From the human T2T-CHM13v2.0 reference genome, Homo sapiens, in the NCBI RefSeq assembly GCF_009914755.1, contig NC_060940.1: a stretch of 64,000 nucleotides of DNA. The stretch is one strand, 5' to 3'. This document shows, piece after piece, positions 46,437 through 64,000 of this stretch. A model generated the notes under the pieces. That model searched no databases, was not told where the DNA came from, and worked only from the letters and a program-made list of their open reading frames with translations. The position numbers and the translations under genes are program-made. Position 1 is the first letter of the stretch. Every line of letters begins with the position of its first letter.

Positions 46437-47342
46437 CTTTGTGGTTTTATCTACTTTTGGTCTTTGATGATGGTGATGTACAGATGGGTTTTCGGTGTAG
46501 ATGTCCTTTCTGGTTGTTAGTTTTCCTTCTAACAGACAGGACCCTCAGCTGCAGGTCTGTTGGAATACCCTGCCGTGTGAGGTGTCAGTGTGCCCCTGCT
46601 GGGGGGTGCCTCCCAGTTAGGCTGCTCGGGGGTCAGGGGTCAGGGACCCACTTGAGGAGGCAGTCTGCCCATTCTCAGATCTCCAGCTGCGTGCTGGGAG
46701 AACCACTGCTCTCTTCAAAGCTGTCAGACAGGGACACTTAAGTCTGCAGAGGTTACTGCTGTCTTTTTGTTTGTCTGTGCCCTGCCCCCAGAGGTGGAGC
46801 CTACAGAGGCAGGCAGGCCTCCTTGAGCTGTGGTGGGCTCCACCCAGTTCGAGCTTCCCTGCTGCTTTGTTTACCTAAGCAAGCCTGGGCAATGGCGGGC
46901 GCCCCTCCCCCAGCCTCGTTGCCGCCTTGCAGTTTGATCTCAGACTGCTGTGCTAGCAATCAGCGAGATTCCGTGGGCGTAGGACCCTCTGAGCCAGGTG
47001 TGGGATATAGTCTCGTGGTGCGCCGTTTCTTAAGTCGGTCTGAAAAGCGCAATATTCGGGTGGGAGTGACCCGATTTTCCAGGTGCGTCCGTCACCCCTT
47101 TCTTTGACTCGGAAAGGGAACTCCCTGACCCCTTGCGCTTCCCAGGTGAGGCAATGCCTCGCCCTGCTTCGGCTCGCGCACGGTGCGCACACACACTGGC
47201 CTGCGCCCACTGTCTGGCACTCCCTAGTGAGATGAACCCGGTACCTCAGATGGAAATGCAGAAATCACCCGTCTTCTGCGTCACTCACGCTGGGAGCTGT
47301 AGACCGGAGCTGTTCCTATTCGGCCATCTTGGCTCCTCCCTC
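46437..47342 (-). promoter_or_regulatory. L1 5' UTR: CpG-rich internal sense promoter (YY1 site) and antisense promoter
   Basis: Intact ~900-bp 5' UTR; YY1 motif AAGATGGCC on the - strand at 47322-47330; many retained CpGs. Confidence 0.85.
46892..47107 (+). CDS. L1 ORF0 (71 aa, antisense ORF in the 5' UTR)
   Basis: ATG at 46892 to TGA at 47105-47107: MAGAPPPASLPPCSLISDCCASNQRDSVGVGPSEPGVGYSLVVRRFLSRSEKRNIRVGVTRFSRCVRHPFL; splice donors CAG|gt at 46998 and 47083. Confidence 0.85.
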   Translation: MAGAPPPASLPPCSLISDCCASNQRDSVGVGPSEPGVGYSLVVRRFLSRSEKRNIRVGVTRFSRCVRHPFL

Positions 47343-48379
47343 GCATTTTTCATTTTTCAATTCAACAGCATTGTTTGTCGTCTTTCTCCCTCCCTGCACG
47401 CTGAGGTCTTAGTTCAGGGTCTTGCACTTAGTAGGTGTTCAATAAACATTTATAAACGGAATAAACAGACAATCCCAGCATTGCTCAATACTATTCCAGT
47501 CAATACTCCTTGCTCTCTGAGTGACCTGGGACAAAACCTTCTTTTTTTAGAGACAGGGTCTCACTCTTGTCACCCAGGCTGGGGTGCAGTGGCGTAATCA
47601 CGGCTCACTGCAGCCTCGACCTCCCCAGGCTCAAGTGATTCTCCTAGCTCAGCCTCCCAAGTAGCTGGGACTACAGGTACTGCCACCACTCCTGGCTAAT
47701 TTTTTATTTTTTATAGAGACGAGGGTCTCACTATATTGCCCAGGTTGGTCTCAAACTTTTGGGCTCAAGCCATCCTTCTGCCTCAGCCTCTGAGTAGCTA
47801 GGACTATAGATGCGAGCCACCATGTCCAGCAAATTTCTTAAGCTCTCTGTACTTAAGTTTCCTCAACGGTAAAATGGCCGTCTTAATAGAATGTAACCTG
47901 TAGGGCTGTTGCAGATTAAATGGGTTAATATGTTGCACTATGTGTGGCCCATGGTCAGCACTATAGATGTGTCTTGCTATTATTTTGTTATCATCATCAC
48001 ATGTGGAAAGTAAACAAACAAAAAACAGGTGTACTGTCGTGGGCCATGCATTGGACCTGGAGTTAGAAGGTGCAACTCTAGCTGTGCAGTCTTTGCTAGT
48101 TAAAACACAGGCCCCAGGCCAGGTGAGGTGGCTCACACCTGGGATCCCAGGACTTTGGGAGGCCAAGGCAGGAGGATCCCTTGAGGCCAGGAGTTCAAGA
48201 CCAGCCTGGGCAATCTGCATTCCCTTTCTGAGCCTGAGTTTTTCTGTAAAATGGGGGCTACCATAATCTCACCTATTAAAGCTGATGTGAGGATTAAGTG
48301 AGTTAATAGCTACAGAGCACCTGCACCTGCACCGTGCTCAGCTCATAGTAGTTGCTTTTTACAATGTGCTAACCCAAGG

Positions 48380-48760
48380 TGAACAGGCTAGGATTCTGCG
48401 GGCGCTGGCCTGCCAGGAGCTCTCCCGGGAGCCTCCAGGAGCGAGGGTTGCAGGACCCCTTCCACCTCCCTGCTGGGCGCCGCGTGCTTGCCTGGTGGCC
48501 ACCGGGGGGCGGTGATGCGCCGTGAAGGGCTCCCAGGACTGCAGAGCTCGTAGCCGCCCGGCCGCAGGAAGCCTGCAAGAGGCGAGCTTGTTTGGCTTCC
48601 TCTCCTTTTCTTCCTTCTTTTCTCCCTTCCCTCCTTTAAACGACGCTGGAATTTCTCCTTCTCTGATGAGATACCTGCTCTTGGCGACGTCCATCCACAG
48701 GTCACAGGTCCTGTATGCAAGAAGAAGAGATATGGGGCACCCGGCAACAGCAGGGATCAG
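48380..48760. promoter_or_regulatory. Small non-repeat CpG-rich patch with a candidate CTCF motif
   Basis: Cluster of CpGs; TGGCCACCGGGGGGCGGTG at 48496-48514 versus the CTCF consensus TGGCCACCAGGGGGCGCTA. Confidence 0.5.
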
Positions 48761-50054
48761 GTTGAGCATCAGAAATAATGAGACCTGGCTGGGCACGCTG
48801 GCTCACGCCTGTAATCCTAACACTTTGGAGGCCGAGGCGGGTGGATCACCTGAGGTCAGGAGTTTGAGACTAGCCTGGCCAACATGGCGAAACCCTGTCT
48901 TTGCCAAAAAATACAAAAATTAGCTGGGCGTGGTGGCAGGTGGGTGTAATCTCAGCTACTCAGGAGGCTGAGGCAGGAGAATCCCCACTTCACTCCAGAC
49001 TGGCCGAAAGAGTGAAACTCCATCTCTAAATAAATAAATTAAATAAATAAATAAAACAACGAGACCTGCAAATCCACACATCCGAGGGGCCCGTGGTGGG
49101 ATGCAGGAGCAGCCGGCATCCCCACGAGCAAAGCATTAGTTTTTCCTCGCAGCTAATTATTTTGAAAAACTTCATACCCACAGAAACGCTTTAAAATTGT
49201 ACAGTCAACAAACACCTTTATTTCTCCCATTTGGATTCATCAGTTGTCAACACATTTTGCCACGCATTTCATTGTATTTTTATTTTCTTGACTGCACCAT
49301 TTGAGAGTTACTTGGAGACATCCTGACACTTCATCCCTGAATACTTCAGCCTGTATCTCTGTAGGCAACCGCAATGCCATTATCACACTTAAAAAGCTCA
49401 ACCTTGATATAACGCTATTATCTCACCGATACATACTCAAATGTCCCGTTGTCTCATTTATATCCTGTGTAGCTGTGGTTTTATTTGTGATCCAAGAGCC
49501 AATCAATGTTCACATCATTTTTTCTTTCATGACATTTTTAAAGAATCCAGGCAGTTGTCTTGTAAAAGGTCCCACAATTGGAATTTGTCCTGTTTATTAT
49601 TCATGGTTATATTCAGGCAAGTCGTTTTGGTAACCATATTACATAGGCCTTGTTATCTATTTCCCATTATATCATATCAGGAGGCCCATTGGGTAGGTTT
49701 GTGCTATTTTGTGACGCTAAGTTTGATCACTGGGCTATCTGTGACAGTTTCCTGTCCTTCCTTCTATCCAACCCCACCACCCAAAAAAAAAAAAACCAAA
49801 CCAAATCTGACATCACAAGAAGCAACAAGCTACATCTAAGATGTGGGACAAATAGCCCAATAAACCCAGGGTCACCCAGGCCTCCCTGCTGCCTTTCAAA
49901 AAACCTGGGCACATTCCTGCCACAGGAACTTTGCACTTGCTATTCCTGACACGCGTAATGTTCCCCATGAAGAGCATGGTTTCCTCCCTCATCCTCAAGT
50001 CTTTGTTCAAATATCAGCTTTTCAGCAAGACCTTCATTAACTAGTCTAGCCCCC

Positions 50055-50416
50055 AGTATGGTTTGGCTGTGTCCCCACCCAAATCTCATCTTGAATTGTA
50101 GCTCCCATAATTTCCATGTGTTATGGGAGGGACCATGTGGGAGATAATTGAATCATGGGGGCAGTTTCCCCCATACTATTCTTGTGGTAGTGAATAAGTC
50201 TCACGAGATCTGATGGTTTTATAAGGGGTTTCCTTTTTTGTTGGCTCTCATTCTCTCTCTTGCCTGCCGCCATGTAAGACATGCCTTTCACCTTCCACCA
50301 TGATCATGAGGCCTCCCCAGCCACGAGGAACTGTGAGTCCATTAAACCTATTTTTCTTTATAAATTACCCAGTCTTGGATATATCTTTATCAACAGTGTG
50401 AAAACAGACTAATACA
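50055..50416 (+). mobile_element. Solo THE1-type MaLR LTR
   Basis: tatggtttggctgtgtccccacccaaatctcatcttgaattg...acagactaataca; flanked by CCCCC on both sides (5-bp TSD). Confidence 0.85.
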
Positions 50417-50751
50417 CCCCCTTACCCTGCTCTACTTTTTCCCCATAGCAATTATCACCTCCTGACATGTCATATAATTGACTTATTATATTTGCTGTCT
50501 GTCTCCCTCTGGTGGTGTGTAAACTCTGTCAGCATAGGGATTTTTCACTGTTCTATTCACTGCTGTATTCACTTACAGAATTGCTCTTCGCTGGGCTGGC
50601 TCCTTCCCCACTTTCAGGTGTCAGTTCAAATGTAAGTCTTCCCTGACTACCCCTTATAACACAGTAACTTTCTATCTGTTCACCCCACTTTAATGTATCT
50701 ATCTTATTTACTGTTTACTGCCTAATGTCTTTGTTTGTTTGCTTGTTTTGA

Positions 50752-50895
<144 letters not shown>

Positions 50896-51136
50896 TAGGG
50901 TCTTATCTCACTGCTCCCACCCCTCATGAAGACGAAAGTCTTTGCCTGCTTTGTTCACTGCTATATCCCCAATACTGGCACATAGTAGGTCCTCAATAAG
51001 TATTTGCCGAATGAATGAATGACTTCACAGGGAGGTATAACAGTTAAAAACATGCCATTCAACTCACTTCTCTGGGCATCTTGATATAACAGTTCAGTTC
51101 CTACCTGGCAGAGCTGATGAGGGTTAAGAGAGCTAA

Positions 51137-51641
<505 letters not shown>

Positions 51642-51649
51642 TAAATTAA

Positions 51650-52285
<636 letters not shown>

Positions 52286-52874
52286 TGCAGCAACAGATCA
52301 CTGTTCTATTTGCTTTTTTCATTCCGCTTATAGATTCTATCCAAGTTTCTCTGTGTTTGTTTAGTTCAGAAGTCATCAGAGTTTTACTATAAAGGGCTAG
52401 ATAGTAGATATTTCAAGTTAAAATTTGAATTCATGTAATTTTCATGGTCACAAGCTATCCTTTTGATTTTTCTCCAACCAGGTTCTAGTGATCTAGTATA
52501 CAGCATGGTGATAGTTAATAATAATATATATTTCAAAAAAGCTAAAAGAACAGATCTTAAATGTTCTCATCGCAAAGAAACAGTAAGTATATGAGGTGAT
52601 AAGTATGTTAATTAGCCTGATTTGATCATTCCATAATGTATACAGGTACTGAAACATCATTTCATACCCCACAGATATACACAATTATTATTTGTCAGTT
52701 AAAAATAAAACTGAATGGCCCCACTCAGTGGCGCATGCCTGTAATCCCAACTCTTTGGGAAACCAAGGCAGGCAGATCACTTGCACCCAGGAGTCTGAGA
52801 ACAGCCTGGGCAATATGGCAAAACCCTACCTCTAATAAAATAAATAAATAAAATAGGCTGGGTGCGGTGGCTCA

Positions 52875-53462
<588 letters not shown>

Positions 53463-55075
53463 CTACACAAAAACTTCATAGCAGCACTATTCATAGTAGC
53501 CCCAAAATAGGGAAAAAAGCCCACAGATGTCTATCAACTGATGAATGGATACATAAAATGTGGCATATTCAACTATAAAAAAAATTAAATGTTTATATAT
53601 GCTACAAAATAGACAAGACTTGCAAGCATTATCCTAAATGAAAAAAGTCAGTCAAAAGACAACACATTATATGATTTCATTTCTATGAAATGTCCAGAAT
53701 AAGCACATCTATAGAGATAGAAAGTAGATGAGTACTTGCCTGGGGCTCCGGGGCCTGAGAAGACTGGAGGGTGAGAGCTCCTGAGTAGGGTTTTGGCCGG
53801 GCGCAGCTCACACCTGAAATTGCAGCATTTTGGGAGGCTGAGGCAGAGGATCCCTTGAATTCAGGAGTTGAAGACCAATCTAGGCAACAAAATTAGACTC
53901 CATCTCTAAAAAATAAAATAAAGAGTATGGTTTTGTTTTTCGTTTTAGTTTTTTTGTTTGTTTTTTTGAGTCGTCTTGCTCTGTCGCCCAAGTTAGAGTA
54001 CAGGGGTAGGATCATGGCTCACTGCAGCTTCAAACTCCCGGGCTCAAGCGATCGTCCTGCCTCAGCCTCATGAATAGCTGGGACTACAGGTTTGTGTCAC
54101 CACACCCAGCTAAGGTTTTTTTTGGGTTTTCTTGTTTTTAATGTTGCCTACGCTGGTCTTGAACTCCCAGACTTAAGCAATCCTCCCTCATCGCTGAGAC
54201 TACAGGCGGGAGCCATTGCTCCTGGCAAGAGTACAGATTTCTTCTTGGGATGATGAAAATGTTCTAAAACTGATTGTGATCATGGTTGTGCAACTCTGTG
54301 AATAGACTAAAACCTGCTGAAGCACACATTTAAAATGGGCGAATCGTGTGGTATGTGAATTACATCTCGATAGACATTTTAAAAAACAAGGGAAGGTGTG
54401 CCACAGTTTGTTCATCACTGACAGCACTGTAGGTGCTTAGCCTTTTTCAAAGCACCTTTCCTAGAACTGTTGCAACCAGCCAAGCATTAACTCCTTACAT
54501 AGCTGAGCAAGACAAGGCTCAAAGGAAGAACTAATTTGCGCAAGGTCACAGGTGACCAATGTGAGGTGTGAGCAGAATGCAGGTCTTTGGACTCCATGTC
54601 CAGTGCTCAGCCCAGCACAGCCTTTCTAAGAGTTACATCCAGAGATTGGGTAATCATGGCCTCAAAGCTCCAGGGCAGAGAAAATGACAGGAGGGGACGA
54701 ATCCCTCTACCTGTCCCACCTGCTGCCTCTGCCACACCCACCAGCCATTCCAATGACAGCTTTCTCCTCCTCGCCCCATGCTCCCCACCTTCCTTTTCTC
54801 TGCCTTCCTTCCCAGCACTGCTAAGCAAAGCTGTCACTCCCTGTGTCTTGCTTAGCAGTGCTAGGAAGGAAAGGAGGAAAAGGACTGGAAGCCTTTTCCA
54901 GAAATTTAGTCCACATGACATATATGGGAAAGGGCTCACACAGGGTGAGGAATCAATCCAAGGCCACACAGCTGGCAATTTGACCTTGATTTCCTTAATA
55001 TCTTTGAGAATGAAAGGAGAGGGGTTTGGGGCTGGAGTAGGGCTTGAGGTGAGCAAAACCCCATCCCATTCCTGA

Positions 55076-55437
<362 letters not shown>

Positions 55438-55484
55438 TGATCCGCCCGCCTCAGCCTCCCAAAGTACTGGGATTACAAGCATGA

Positions 55485-55859
<375 letters not shown>

Positions 55860-56280
55860 TAATATGCCCGCCTCGGCCTCCCAAAGTGTTGGAATTACAG
55901 GCGTGAGCCACCACACCCGGCCAAGGCCATTTCTTTTAGGTATATATTTAGGAATGAAAATTCTGGGTCGAATAGTAATTATGTTTAACATTTTGAGGGT
56001 ACACTTGTTTTTACACATTCCAGGAGCTAAAAATGGTTTTTACATTTTTAAATGGTTGGGGAAAAAAAAAAACGAGAATAATATTTTGTGACACATGAAA
56101 ATTACATTGAATTCAAATGTCAATGTACACCAAGCTTCATTGGATGGCTGAATTCATTCGCTGATGGATTATCTATGGACGCTTTTGCACTACAATGGCA
56201 GAGCTGGGTAGTGTGACAGAGACCATATGTCCTGCAAAGCCCAAAATATGTACTACCTGGCCTTTGATAGAAAAGGCTTA

Positions 56281-57243
<963 letters not shown>

Positions 57244-57253
57244 TCACACCTCA

Positions 57254-57358
<105 letters not shown>

Positions 57359-58706
57359 CTATCTCAAAAAAATTAAAAACAAACAAACAAAAAAAAAAAC
57401 GAAGAAATGAGAGCTCACATCTGGCCCCATTTTCTGCATGGAGAAACTGAGTCCTGTGGGGGCTGCTCAGGCTCATGCGAACTTGAGGGTAAGTGAGAGC
57501 TTAGCTTTCTTCTACTCCCAGGCAGCCTCCTCTCTCCCAGTTAAGAAGACCTGGCCATGAATAATTCATGGCTGGCATTTGCAGAACTCTCCTTCTTGTC
57601 AGAGCACTTTGATTATCATTAATTAGTCAGAACCTGGCTCCACTGTTGCCCAATAAAACAAAAACAGAAGTGGCTTTGATGCTCTAGGAGCTTCCATCTC
57701 CACACCAAGACTTTGACCTGCAGATTCCTCCTCTCTGCCCATTGTTCCATCACCTCTCAAAGCCTGAAAGCCTATTGTTTTGGCTCAAAAGTCAGGCTTC
57801 CCACAGGAAATGAGGCAGTCTCAGACTTGAAGCCCCGACCCTTATAGCTGGTGTCATCTCCTCTCTGCCATCATTGTCCTCGTCTGAAAGATTACAGCAA
57901 TGATGCCTATCTCTGGGGTTGTTATGAAGATTATTGTTGTGAGTTTATGTTTATAAAAGTGTCCTAAGCTAAGCGTGGTGACTCACACCTGTAATCCTAA
58001 CACTTTGGGAGGCCAAGGTGGGAGTAGCCCTTGAGCCCGGAGTTCAAGACCAGCCTGGGTAACATAGTAAGACCTCATCTTTACAAAAAATCAAAAAATT
58101 AGCTGGGTGTGGTGGCTCCTACCTGTGGTCCCAGCTACTGGGGAGGCTGAGGTGGGAGATCATTTGAGCCCAGGAGACTGAGGCTGCAGCGAGCTATGAT
58201 TGAGCCATTGCACTCCAGCCTGGGTACACAGTGAGACTCTGTCTCAAAAAAAAAAAAAAAAAAAAGAAGAGGTGTTCTGAAGAGAACTGCATACACTGCT
58301 TATGGGAATACAAAATGGTGTAGATGCTTTGGAAATCATTCTGGCAGTTCTCCACATGGTTAAGGATACCGTACAACCCAGCAATTCCACACCTAGGTAT
58401 TTACCCAAGAGAAATGAAGCACGTGTCCACACAGAAACTTGTACACAAGTGTTCACAGCAACATTATTCATAACAGCCAAAAAGTCGAAACAACCCATAT
58501 GCCCCTCAACTAATGAATGGACAAATATTAATAAAACATCTAGATCTATACAATGGAATATTGTTTGGCCATAAAAAGTAATGAAGCACTGATCCATGCT
58601 ACGACATGGATGAACCTTGGAAACATTAAGAAAAAGAAGCCAAGGCTGGGCGTGGTGGCTCCCGCCTGTAATCCCAGCACTTTGGGAGGCCGAGGAGGGC
58701 GGATCA

Positions 58707-58990
<284 letters not shown>

Positions 58991-60067
58991 TTAGGAGGCT
59001 GAGATGGGAGGATTGCTTGAACCCAGGAGTTTGAGACCAACCTGGGCAACACAGCAAGACCTCATCTCAAAAAAAAAAAAAAAAAAAGAAGAAAGAAGAA
59101 AGAAAAAAAAAGAGAAGCCAAATGCAAAAGGCCACATATTATATGATTCTTACTTACATGAAATGTTCAGAATAAGCAAATCCATAGAAAGAGAATATAA
59201 ATTAGTGGTTCCCTTGGGCTGAGGAGACAATGGAAAGTGACTGTAAATGGACACGAAGCTTTTTTGGGGGATGATGGAAATTTATTTAAATTAGCTTTTA
59301 TGTTTTAATTAAAAGTATAGTTAATAAATGTGGATCTGATGCAGGAATAAACACACAAATTACTGGGAAAAAATAGAAATACTTAAACATGTCCTATTAC
59401 ATATGACCTCAGTAGGGTATATAAGAAACATCACAAAGCAATGGAAAACATGGACATTCAGTAAATTGACTGGAGAAAAAACATATATATATATTCTCAT
59501 TTCTTTCCTCAACACTAAAATAATATAAAAGTATTAAAGAGTAAAATGTACATGGAAACAAAAGGGGAGGAATATATGTAATATTTGATTTGTTAAATTG
59601 GTGGGTACCTTCTTTATCCTTTATATATTTTGATTATCCTAGCTTTTTATAATAAATGTTGTTTTTTTACCTTATTTTGTTTTGTACTTGGTAGAGACAA
59701 GGTCTTGCTATGTTGTCCAGGCTGGTCTTGAACTCCTGGGATCCTCCCGCCTTGGCCTACCAAAGTGCTGGGATTATAGGCATGAGACACCACACCTGGC
59801 CTGATCCTAATTTTAAAAAATATGTGTGTATACATTTGCATAGGAAAAAATAATGGAAGGAACCTAAATTGAGGAACATTTTACAAAATAACAAGCCCAT
59901 ATCAATGTCAAGGTCAAGAAAGACAAAGGAAGGCTGACAAGCTATTTCAGTTTAAAGAAGGCATAAGAGCTATGACAATTAAATGCAACAGTGCAGGATC
60001 CTGGATTAGATCCTGAACTGGGAAAAACATATATACACTGGTAATTGATTAATTTAAATACAGGCTA

Positions 60068-60396
<329 letters not shown>

Positions 60397-60522
60397 TCAA
60401 AATAATAATAATTTAAAAAGTCCCTTGCGGCCAGGCACGGTGGCTCAAGCCTGTAATCCCAGCACTTTGGGAGGCCGAGGCGGGCGGATCACGAGGTCAG
60501 GAAATTGAGACCATCCTGGCTA

Positions 60523-60808
<286 letters not shown>

Positions 60809-60910
60809 TTAGGGCATGATGTCTCTAATTTAATCTCAAATGGTTCAGAAAAATACATATACATACACATATACACAGATAGATCCATATATAGGTAAAT
60901 ATTTATATAT

Positions 60911-61606
<696 letters not shown>

Positions 61607-61731
61607 TATAGAGGAGAAAATTATGAAGCAAATGGTCAACAACTGGTTAATGTGGGTAGAGTTTCTGGAGTTTCTTGTACTATTCTTGTGATTTTGGTTT
61701 CCACTTAAAATTATATCAAAATTACAAATTA

Positions 61732-62088
<357 letters not shown>

Positions 62089-62153
62089 TCACTCTTCTAG
62101 AATTAGTACTAAAAACTAAAATTGGAAAAAGGCAGTACAAATTTTCCAAATAA

Positions 62154-62537
<384 letters not shown>

Positions 62538-63519
62538 TGAGGCCTGGCACTAGGTAGCTTGGATTTGAATGTGGACATGCTATTTACTAGACGTGTCACA
62601 CTGGACAAGTTACTTACATCTTCTGTGCCCCATTTCCTTACCTCCCCTGTGCAATGGGGATAGCAATGTCTACTCATGGGGTCTTCACAGGAGACATTAA
62701 AGTGTAAAAGATTTGTGACAACGTTGACACACCCTAGGGGCATGTAAATATCAGCTATGCTTATTTCTGCTTGGTGGGATTATGGGTGAAACAGTCTATG
62801 CATTTTCCAAATACCATGGAGTGAGCACACAGTACTCTTGTAATCAGAGCAACAACAAAATGTCATTGACATTATTTTAGGGGAGGGGGAGACTCCTTTC
62901 CAGTGGCTCAGTTTTTCCCTCTTGGGCCTCCCTGTCTCTTCCCTCTCTCTGCCCCTTCCCCCTCCACCTCTTACTTTCCCCTCTCCTCCTCCACCCCAGA
63001 CCCCTCCCCTCTGCCCACCAGATTGCATTCCTCACTTCTTTTCCCAAAGAACTATAATTAAGCTCTTACTCTGTAATTGCCAATTCATGGTTCTCCATCT
63101 GAAATCACTCTCCTGCCTGGCCTGTTTTCCTTCTTCTCCACCTGGGGAAGCAGAGGCGGGAATCAGCAGAGCCCAGGATGCACCTCGTATGTAAGAATGC
63201 TATGATCTCTATTTGCTGTATATTCGCTCTGTGTGAGCCAGGCAGTGTGCTCAGCCCCTTCCACACCCTACTTCCTCTGATCACAACAACCCTGGGTGGA
63301 AACTGAAGCTCAAGAGATACAGTAACTCACCCACAGGTCTCACAGGTAGTTGGTGGAGCTGGGATTTGAATCCAGCTGGATCTGGCCTCAAAGTTGGGAG
63401 ATGATACTCCTGCTTCTGCAACTGACAAGTCTATTCTAAACTCCCTAAGCCCAGGCACCCATGCTCTGGTAGTAGTTTGATATCAAAACTGGCCACCCTT
63501 ACCCCTCACTGTATCTTCA

Positions 63520-63978
63520 TCCTTTGTAATAAGACTTTGCAGCCTCTCCTATCTAAATGGTGTCATCTGTTTCTCCAACCCTAGAATATGGGTTGGCCTT
63601 GCTTTGGCCAACATAATGCAGCAAAAATGATGGTGTCCACACTTGGGCCTTGCACACGTCTGCTCTTCTCTTGGGAGACTGCCTCTGCTGTGAAAACAAG
63701 CCCAGGCTAGATGGCGGGAGCATCGTGGCCCAGTCATCCCTGTTGCCCAGGTAACAGGCAGCCAACAGCCAGACATATGAGTGAGGCCACCCCAGACCTG
63801 CCAGCCACCAACTGACCTGGGACCTGGCAGCTGACTGTTGATTCATGTGTGAGCCCCGTGGAGGTGGGCCAAGCCTGCTGAAATCAGTAGAACAACCCAG
63901 CTGACCCACAGACTCTTGAGCAATAGTTTTAAGCCACTGGGTTTTGGGGGCGGTTTATTATAGAGTAATAGCTAACAA
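63520..63978 (+). mobile_element. MLT1-type MaLR LTR
   Basis: ctttgtaataagactttgcagc...ctgtgaaaacaagcccaggcta...ttttaagccactgggttttggg...gtaatagctaac. Confidence 0.65.
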
Positions 63979-64000
63979 ATCCAGCCCCTTATAGAGACTA

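Noticed and set aside
48359-48923. Overlapping 119-145 aa ORFs in the CpG patch
   Set aside because: Stop-poor GC-rich sequence, partly Alu; no domain similarity that I recognise
62920-63020. C-rich polypyrimidine tract (G-quadruplex/H-DNA potential)
   Set aside because: Low-complexity sequence with no supporting context

Overview
Human (primate) euchromatic, very Alu-dense genomic DNA. Its left part holds the 3' portion of the KRAB C2H2 zinc-finger gene ZFP90 on the + strand, recognised from the protein sequence; the start-codon exon lies upstream of the window. Visible parts are the KRAB-A exon (15797-15923), the KRAB-B exon (16272-16367), the zinc-finger exon (CDS 20862-22516, 13 intact fingers) and a ~2.4 kb 3' UTR ending near AATAAA at 24933. 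Downstream is an intergenic region with ERV1/MaLR LTRs, old L1M fragments and a full-length human-specific pre-Ta L1HS on the - strand (41289-47342). That L1 has a 16-bp TSD, intact ORF1 and ORF0, and ORF2 broken by three lesions. Most short ORFs in the track are Alu/L1 translations. I see no convincing evidence of an entirely new biological system. The best leads are: (i) several splice acceptors that would give KRAB-only ZFP90 isoforms, one exonised from an antisense ERV1 LTR; (ii) the L1 antisense promoter/ORF0 unit; (iii) a CpG-decayed ZNF143+ETS promoter-like relic; (iv) a candidate CTCF site in a small CpG-rich patch; (v) several hairpin-perfecting or templated-insertion scars inside repeats. 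Repeat family names and consensus comparisons come from recall, not from a database search.
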